This document shows, one piece after another, positions 16,576-21,531 of a stretch of 21,531 nt of DNA. The number at the start of each line of letters is the position of its first letter. Position 1 is the first letter of the stretch. The position numbers and the translations under genes are program-made. This stretch comes from a candidate division WOR-3 bacterium (GTDB taxonomy: Bacteria; Hydrothermota; Tepidihabitantia; Tepidihabitantales; Tepidihabitantaceae), in assembly GCA_037441285.1 (NCBI GenBank), contig JBBISL010000025.1, forward strand, positions 1-21,531. Reading direction: 5' to 3'. Below the pieces are notes generated by a model. That model was not told where the DNA came from, made no database searches, and saw nothing but the letters and a program-made list of their open reading frames with translations.

Positions 16576-18144
16576 TTAATGGGCATAGTCAACCGCTCGC
16601 GTTTCCCGGATGACCATTACTTTAATCTGGCCCGGATACTTCATTTCGGTTTCAATTTGGGCAGCAATCCGGGCAGCGAGTTCCGCCGCATCCTGGTCAC
16701 CAACCTTGTCCGGTTCCACCAGGACCCGAATCTCACGTCCTGCCTGAACCGCATAAGCCTTTTCCACTCCGGGGAATGAGGCGGCAATCGCCTCCAGACC
16801 TTCAATCCGTTTGATGTAAGTTTCAAAACTTTCCCTTCGGGCACCAGGACGGGAACCGGAAACCGAGTCGGCAGCCGCAACCAGGAAGGCGTAAGGTGAG
16901 TCGAGTGTCGTTTCTTCGTGGTGCGCGGCGATGGCATTGATGATGACCGGCTCTTCGCCGTAACGCCGGGCAAGTTCTGCACCGATACGGGCGTGGGTAC
17001 CTTCCATCGTCTGGTCGGCGGCTTTACCGATGTCGTGTAACAGTCCGGCACGTTTGGCGATTGCCGGGTCCAGGTCCAGTTCTTGAGCCATCAAAGAGGC
17101 GAGATAGGCAACCTCCCGACTGTGCAGAAGGACATTCTGCCCATAACTGGTGCGGTAGCGCAACCGACCCAGAAGCTTTACCAGTTCCGGATGGAGACCA
17201 ACTATGCCCAGTTCCAGAATCGCCTCTTCACCGGTGTTTTTGATTATTTCTTCCATTTCCTGCTGAGTCCGTGCTACCACCTCTTCAATCCGTGCCGGGT
17301 GAATTCTGCCGTCCGAAACCAGCCGTTCCATTGCCCGCCGGGCAACTTCGCGGCGGACCGGGTCAAAACCCGAGATGATAATTGCGCCCGGGGTATCATC
17401 AATCATTACCTCAACTCCGGTGAGGGATTCAAATGTTCTGATGTTTCTTCCTTCCCGGCCGATAATTCTGCCCTTGAGCTCGTCCGAGGGCAGATTTACC
17501 ACCGATACCGTGGTTTCCGCAACATGGGAGATGGCACAGCGCTGGATTGCCGCGGCGATGACCTCGCGTGCCTCGGCTTCAGCCCTTGCTTTAGCCTCTT
17601 CTTTTATCTCTCGCATCATCCGGGCGGCTTCAAGTCGGGCTTCGTTTTCAAGGTTGCGGAGCAACTCGCGGCGCGCTTCCTCGGACGACATTCCCGCAAT
17701 TCGTTCCAGGCGGGCATTTTGTTGTTCGATTAACTGGTCAAGTCGCTCCATTTTTGCCCGGGTGAGTTTTTCCCGGGCGGACAGTTCCCGGTCCTTACGA
17801 ATCAGGTCCACCTCTTTCTGGGTGAGGATGCTTTCCCGCCGGGCGAGAAAGGCTTCGCGTTCCGTGATTTTGCTTTCCAGGCGCTCCAGTTCCCGGCGTG
17901 TTGCCTGGGTCTGGGCATCAAATTTAACCCGCTCGCGTTCCCAGCTCTCTTTGGCTTCAATCTCAGCCCGCTGCCGGATTTCCTCTGCCTGGCGATGCGC
18001 CTGGGCGATTATTGCCGCAGCATCACTTTCTCGGGCAGCGAGAAAACGCCGCGCCGTTGCCCGATTGATAAGAAACCCAATCCAAAAACCGATAACTCCC
18101 AAAACCACCGGAATCCCGATGGTCAAAACGATATTCCAGTTCAT
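16576..18144 (-). CDS. rny: Ribonuclease Y
   Basis: N-terminal TM helix, coiled coil, KH (KGRIIGREGRNIR), HD (LLHDIGK), SRPGAR, QAGREIRV; SD GAGGAGG. Confidence 0.97.
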   Translation of the reverse strand: MNWNIVLTIGIPVVLGVIGFWIGFLINRATARRFLAARESDAAAIIAQAHRQAEEIRQRAEIEAKESWERERVKFDAQTQATRRELERLESKITEREAFLARRESILTQKEVDLIRKDRELSAREKLTRAKMERLDQLIEQQNARLERIAGMSSEEARRELLRNLENEARLEAARMMREIKEEAKARAEAEAREVIAAAIQRCAISHVAETTVSVVNLPSDELKGRIIGREGRNIRTFESLTGVEVMIDDTPGAIIISGFDPVRREVARRAMERLVSDGRIHPARIEEVVARTQQEMEEIIKNTGEEAILELGIVGLHPELVKLLGRLRYRTSYGQNVLLHSREVAYLASLMAQELDLDPAIAKRAGLLHDIGKAADQTMEGTHARIGAELARRYGEEPVIINAIAAHHEETTLDSPYAFLVAAADSVSGSRPGARRESFETYIKRIEGLEAIAASFPGVEKAYAVQAGREIRVLVEPDKVGDQDAAELAARIAAQIETEMKYPGQIKVMVIRETRAVDYAH

Positions 18145-18165
18145 ATCTCCTCCTCAGACAAAACA

Positions 18166-18331
18166 AAACCCTGCGAGTGTCGTGTAGTGCAGTCTCTGAA
18201 CCCAGAAGACAGGGGGGAGCCTCAGAAAGGTTTCGCGCTGCCGGAAGGCGGCACTCCGCCTTTCTATCGTGGCACCCAGTCTACAGGTGTTGGCTCAAGA
18301 CTCAGCCACTATCACGGGCACTGCAGGGAGC
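18166..18331 (-). ncRNA. ssrS: 6S RNA
   Basis: Located between zapA and rny; 5' CCCTGCAGTGCCCGTGATAGTG pairs with 3' CACTACACGACACTCGCAGGG; TTGAGCC/GGGTTCA helix flanks a central bubble; ~165-nt rod. Confidence 0.85.
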
Positions 18332-18340
18332 CTATTAACT

Positions 18341-18607
18341 TCAAACCACTTTTGCCAGTTTTTCAATGAGCGAACCGACCCGACGGCGAATCCACTCAGT
18401 TTCGGCTTCATTTTGGCGCAGGGATTCATCAACCAGGTTCATACATGCCAGCACCGCGGTGCGGACCGGAGTGGGCTGATGGTACTGGTGGCTGATTTCC
18501 CTCATTTTCTTGTCAACCACTTCAGCAACTTTCAAAACATATTCGCCGTCTCGGTCGGCTTTGATATTGTATTCACTGCCAAAGACATTAACAACAAAGT
18601 TCTGCAT
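18341..18607 (-). CDS. zapA: Cell division protein ZapA
   Basis: VNVFGSEYNIKA..EYVLKVAEVVDKKMREI..AVLACMNLVDE, 88 aa, synteny. Confidence 0.9.
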   Translation of the reverse strand: MQNFVVNVFGSEYNIKADRDGEYVLKVAEVVDKKMREISHQYHQPTPVRTAVLACMNLVDESLRQNEAETEWIRRRVGSLIEKLAKVV

Positions 18608-18627
18608 AGGCTCCCAGTTGCTTAACT

Positions 18628-18834
18628 TTACAGCAGAGTATCTATTCTGTCAAGAATGTTGTTGATTTTTTCCTGCGCGGCTTTTTGGAGATTTTCCAGT
18701 TCAATTATCTTTGCCCGCAGCTGTTCATTTTCTTTGCGTAGTTGGTTGATGAGTTCAATTGCCGCATCGATTTTCTGTTCAAGAGCAGCAAATTCATTAA
18801 CCAGCCGTTGGTCGGGTTGAAAGTTGGTTTTCAT
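18628..18834 (-). CDS. ZapB-like short coiled-coil protein
   Basis: LEQKIDAAIELINQLRKENEQL heptads; immediately upstream of zapA. Confidence 0.75.
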   Translation of the reverse strand: MKTNFQPDQRLVNEFAALEQKIDAAIELINQLRKENEQLRAKIIELENLQKAAQEKINNILDRIDTLL

Positions 18835-19664
18835 TGCTGGGGGGCGTGGTAGATTAACCTCAGGTCAGGAATCAATTGAAACCAGGTTTCTACTTCCACG
18901 GTTGAATTGGCAGCGTTAACCTGTGTGACTTTAATCAGGGCGTAGTGGTGGTCAGCGACCGTATAACAGCCGAAAAATGCGGGAAGGGTTGATGGGATAG
19001 TGGTGTAAGTAAAGTAAAATGTGTCAGTTGTCACGGCGGCAGAAGGGAGCGGGTCGTTTTCATCAGTCAGGGGGTTAGTAAACCCATTGCGGCGCCAGGA
19101 GTCGGCCGGGACAACACCGGAAGGGTCAGACGGTCCCATATCCGGACTGGCGATGTGGAAGGGCAAAGTGGAACCGGTGGTAAAGTCGGTGATGTAGAAG
19201 TCAATCTTTTCAACATTTTCTCTCTGACGGATTGAATAGGTCCTGCCGGCACCAGAGTCCCGGTCCCAGCCAAACCCGGCATTGCCAACACCGTCCAGTT
19301 CCGCAATGGTCTTGGAGCCGGTGTAGACCGGAATGGTGCTAAGGAGGATAGATGATTTATACTCCTTGCCCGAAAAGATGGCGCTTATCTGGTATTTGCC
19401 GGTTAAACCGTGTGGATTGTGAGTGTAACCGGTTCCAGTGGTGTCACCGATTACGGTGAAAAGTGATTCACCGGCAGGGCAAAAGTAGATAAGAAAACTG
19501 TCGGGCATCCCTTCCGCCGGTGTGGTCCAGACCAGCTGTACAGTACTGTCGGTGGCAGCAGCGATTTGCGGATTTGCGGGTGGTCCACCAATAACACCGC
19601 ACCCGAAAAGCAGGACACAAGCAAGGGCGAAAACTGTTATCGACAAAACCAGATACTTTTTCAT
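18831..19664 (-). CDS. Lipoprotein, FN3-like N-domain plus beta-rich C-domain (paralog A)
   Basis: MKK, hydrophobic stretch, LFGC lipobox; PANPQIAAATDSTVQLVWT FN3 pattern; SD AAGGAGG. Confidence 0.8.
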   Translation of the reverse strand: MKKYLVLSITVFALACVLLFGCGVIGGPPANPQIAAATDSTVQLVWTTPAEGMPDSFLIYFCPAGESLFTVIGDTTGTGYTHNPHGLTGKYQISAIFSGKEYKSSILLSTIPVYTGSKTIAELDGVGNAGFGWDRDSGAGRTYSIRQRENVEKIDFYITDFTTGSTLPFHIASPDMGPSDPSGVVPADSWRRNGFTNPLTDENDPLPSAAVTTDTFYFTYTTIPSTLPAFFGCYTVADHHYALIKVTQVNAANSTVEVETWFQLIPDLRLIYHAPQQ

Positions 19665-19686
19665 AAATCCTCCTTATTACAGAATC

Positions 19687-19715
19687 AGGCTAACGATACA
19701 ACGGGCACTTGTCAA
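19687..19715 (-). promoter_or_regulatory. Promoter for lipoprotein A-zapB-zapA-ssrS-rny-ymdB
   Basis: TTGACA-17nt-TAGCCT immediately after the upstream terminator. Confidence 0.55.
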
Positions 19716-19716
19716 C

Positions 19717-19745
19717 AATAAAAAGCCTCCGGAGATCCGGAGGCT
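19717..19745 (-). terminator. Intrinsic terminator after paralog B
   Basis: Minus strand AGCCTCCGG-ATCT-CCGGAGGCT followed by TTTTATT. Confidence 0.85.
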
Positions 19746-19764
19746 CTTGAGATTATCGCTTTGA

Positions 19765-20574
19765 TTAGTGCTGGATTAACCGCAACCCTTTGACCAACTG
19801 GAACCAGCCAGAAACTTGATAGGTTTTGTCACCGGAATTGAAACCGTCCAGTTTTGCAAGTGCGTAGTAACCATCCTGAGTGTAGATGGCAGCAAGGAAT
19901 GGTGTCTGGGTGATGTCCAGGTAGTTAAAGTAGATGGTGGGACTGTGTGCGGGTAAGGGGTTTTGTTCACTGCTCAAAGGACCGGCAATGCTATTGACCC
20001 GCCAGGAACCAGCAGGAACCACATTGCCCGGGTCCGTGGGACCGAGGTCAGGACTGGCGATCGAGTAAGTGGTGGTCTCGAAGTCGGTGATGTAGAAGTC
20101 GACAAGAGCAGCATTTGCTGCCTGGGTCATTGAGTAAGAAGAGCCGGTACCAGTGGTCCTATCCCAGCCGTAACCGGAGTTGCCCGCAGCGTTTAGTTCG
20201 GCGACGGTTACCGCTGATGTTGGAACCGGAACGGTGGAGACCGTCTGGGATTCGTACTCTTCAGAGCCGAACTTGGCAGCAACTTTGTATGTGCCGGTCT
20301 TGCCGCTGGGGTTGTGGACGAACTCAGTCGTGGTCACATTATTGGCAACCATTTCATAAGCGCTGGCGTCAGCCGCTTTGAAGTAGACGATGTACCTGTC
20401 CGGTGTTCCTTCAACCGGCGCGGTCCAGGTTAGTTTCACTGTGCTGTCGGTCTCGGCAGCGGCTTTCAGATTGGTTGGTGTACCTCCGATGATACTCGCG
20501 CAGTCCGAGCCAGCCGAGATGACGACTATCAACACCCATAAAAGGGCGCTGAGAATCGGTAACAGTTTTTTCAT
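19765..20574 (-). CDS. Probable lipoprotein, FN3-like N-domain plus beta-rich C-domain (paralog B)
   Basis: ATG 20574 after SD AAAGGAGG; PTNLKAAAETDSTVKLTWTAP; colinear similarity to 18831-19664 (GWDR, DFYITDF, IASPD.GP.DP, WFQL..LRLI.H). Confidence 0.82.
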   Translation of the reverse strand: MKKLLPILSALLWVLIVVISAGSDCASIIGGTPTNLKAAAETDSTVKLTWTAPVEGTPDRYIVYFKAADASAYEMVANNVTTTEFVHNPSGKTGTYKVAAKFGSEEYESQTVSTVPVPTSAVTVAELNAAGNSGYGWDRTTGTGSSYSMTQAANAALVDFYITDFETTTYSIASPDLGPTDPGNVVPAGSWRVNSIAGPLSSEQNPLPAHSPTIYFNYLDITQTPFLAAIYTQDGYYALAKLDGFNSGDKTYQVSGWFQLVKGLRLIQH

Positions 20575-20590
20575 ATGACCTCCTTTATGA

Positions 20591-20875
20591 TTACCGTCCA
20601 ATTTTTGATGGTTTTCCTGAAGATGACGAAGAACCGGTCCGGGATTTAGGGGTGGTCGTGGTTTTCGCTGGTGCTTTCTTGTGGAAGTCGTCCATATGTT
20701 TGGTGAAGTCAGCAGTTAGTTGCTCAACTTTCGTTTCGAGCGCAGAGACCTTTTCTTCGAGGGTTTTTATCTGCGTCGCCATCTGTTCTCGCTGTGCCTT
20801 AACCTGGGCTGACTCCTGGCAGCCGAAGACTAACAGGATTGAAGCAACCAGAAACAGGGCAGCGAGTTTCTTCAT
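20591..20875 (-). CDS. Small coiled-coil lipoprotein (Lpp-like architecture)
   Basis: MKKLAALFLVASILLVFGC lipobox; heptads IKTLEEKVSALETKVEQLTADF; Lys/Ser/Thr tail; SD AAAGGAGG. Confidence 0.8.
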   Translation of the reverse strand: MKKLAALFLVASILLVFGCQESAQVKAQREQMATQIKTLEEKVSALETKVEQLTADFTKHMDDFHKKAPAKTTTTPKSRTGSSSSSGKPSKIGR

Positions 20876-20890
20876 ACGAAACCCTCCTTT

Positions 20891-21133
20891 TTAACGGCCG
20901 GTCTTTGGAGGTTTACCAGTTGGCTCGGGCGTTGGTGCAGGTGCTGGAGTCGGTGCGGGTGTTGGCGCCACGGTTGATTCCGCAGGCGTCTGGGTTCCCG
21001 CGCTCTCCGGTGCTGGAGCCTGCATCGTGCTTTCCGCTGCGGTCGGTTTGGGTTTCTCTTCTGCCGGCTTGCTCGGGCAGCCGAGGACGAAGATTAACGC
21101 GACGATTGCACAAGCGGCTATCAGTTTTTTCAC
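20891..21133 (-). CDS. Small Pro/Ala/Thr-rich disordered lipoprotein
   Basis: GTG after SD AAAGGAGG; MKKLIAACAIVALIFVLGC lipobox; APTPAPTPAPAPTP. Confidence 0.8.
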   Translation of the reverse strand: MKKLIAACAIVALIFVLGCPSKPAEEKPKPTAAESTMQAPAPESAGTQTPAESTVAPTPAPTPAPAPTPEPTGKPPKTGR

Positions 21134-21171
21134 AGTATCCTCCTTTTTTGGTTTATTTTATTTTCCTATTT

Positions 21172-21204
21172 TTAAGATGACTCGCCGCTAAAGAGTCATC
21201 TTAA
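21172..21204. promoter_or_regulatory. 12-bp perfect stem-loop in the lipoprotein operon leader
   Basis: TTAAGATGACTC-9nt-GAGTCATCTTAA between promoter and SD. Confidence 0.6.
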
Positions 21205-21254
21205 TTACTTTTCAAAACAAGACAAGACAAACCTCTTAGCCTGCTTTGGTGTTA

Positions 21255-21282
21255 ATTTTAAGCATCTTACCGCTATTGTCAA
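21255..21282 (-). promoter_or_regulatory. Promoter of small-lipoprotein operon
   Basis: TTGACA-16nt-TAAAAT. Confidence 0.7.
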
Positions 21283-21380
21283 GAAGTTTATTGTCAGGGT
21301 TCAATGCCCAAATAAGAAAGGAGGTGGGGTTAAATCGGCGTATGCATTAGGGCAAGTTAATGTTGTAAAACTTGTTTTGA

Positions 21381-21408
21381 TTGACTCAACGGGTATGGAG
21401 AATATAAT
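21381..21408 (+). promoter_or_regulatory. Promoter of right-edge gene
   Basis: TTGACT-16nt-TATAAT. Confidence 0.7.
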
Positions 21409-21437
21409 TTTCCGATAACTTTTCTCAGGAGGCGTTT

Positions 21438-21531
21438 ATGAAAAAAGCGGTGTTGTTGGTAGCGGTTGTCATCGCTGCAAGTTTCGGGCTCGTGAGTCCG
21501 GACTTGGAGCGGCGTTTGGCAGAGTCGGATG
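21438..21531 (+). CDS. 5' end of a secreted protein, truncated by the window edge
   Basis: SD AGGAGG; MKKAVLLVAVVIAASFGLVSPDLERRLAESD signal peptide; open to the end of the window. Confidence 0.75.
   Translation, partial: MKKAVLLVAVVIAASFGLVSPDLERRLAESD

Noticed and set aside
20891..20917. Classical LPxTG sortase signal
   Set aside because: PPKTG lacks the following transmembrane segment and basic tail, and the sister protein has PSKIG; kept only as an analogy

Overview
Bacterial chromosomal window, mostly housekeeping genes, from a diderm (predicted beta-barrel protein, several lipoproteins). The lineage cannot be fixed from this sequence; my impression is an uncultured FCB-adjacent group such as WOR-3. 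Gene order: repeat-rich spacer, putative outer-membrane protein (-), acyP-ribD-ribE-SPL-like radical SAM (+), serS (+), tRNA-Leu-deoB-cdd (-), FTCD-PHP-DUF4159 (+), a DUF559 nuclease with an unknown N-terminal domain (+), TPR protein (-), uvrA (+), then a long minus-strand block of four lipoproteins, zapB-like, zapA, 6S RNA, rny and ymdB, and a truncated secreted-protein gene at the right edge. No integrase, transposase or CRISPR array is visible. Best leads: (1) two unrelated small lipoproteins (one Lpp-like coiled coil, one Pro/Ala/Thr-rich linker) ending in the same G-K-P-x-K-x-G-R-stop motif, a candidate new envelope-tethering or sorting signal; (2) sigma70-type promoters that mostly have 16-bp spacers, several placed to give leaderless mRNAs; (3) a DUF559 nuclease whose likely start is one base out of frame; (4) shared repeat/palindrome architecture in two long spacers.
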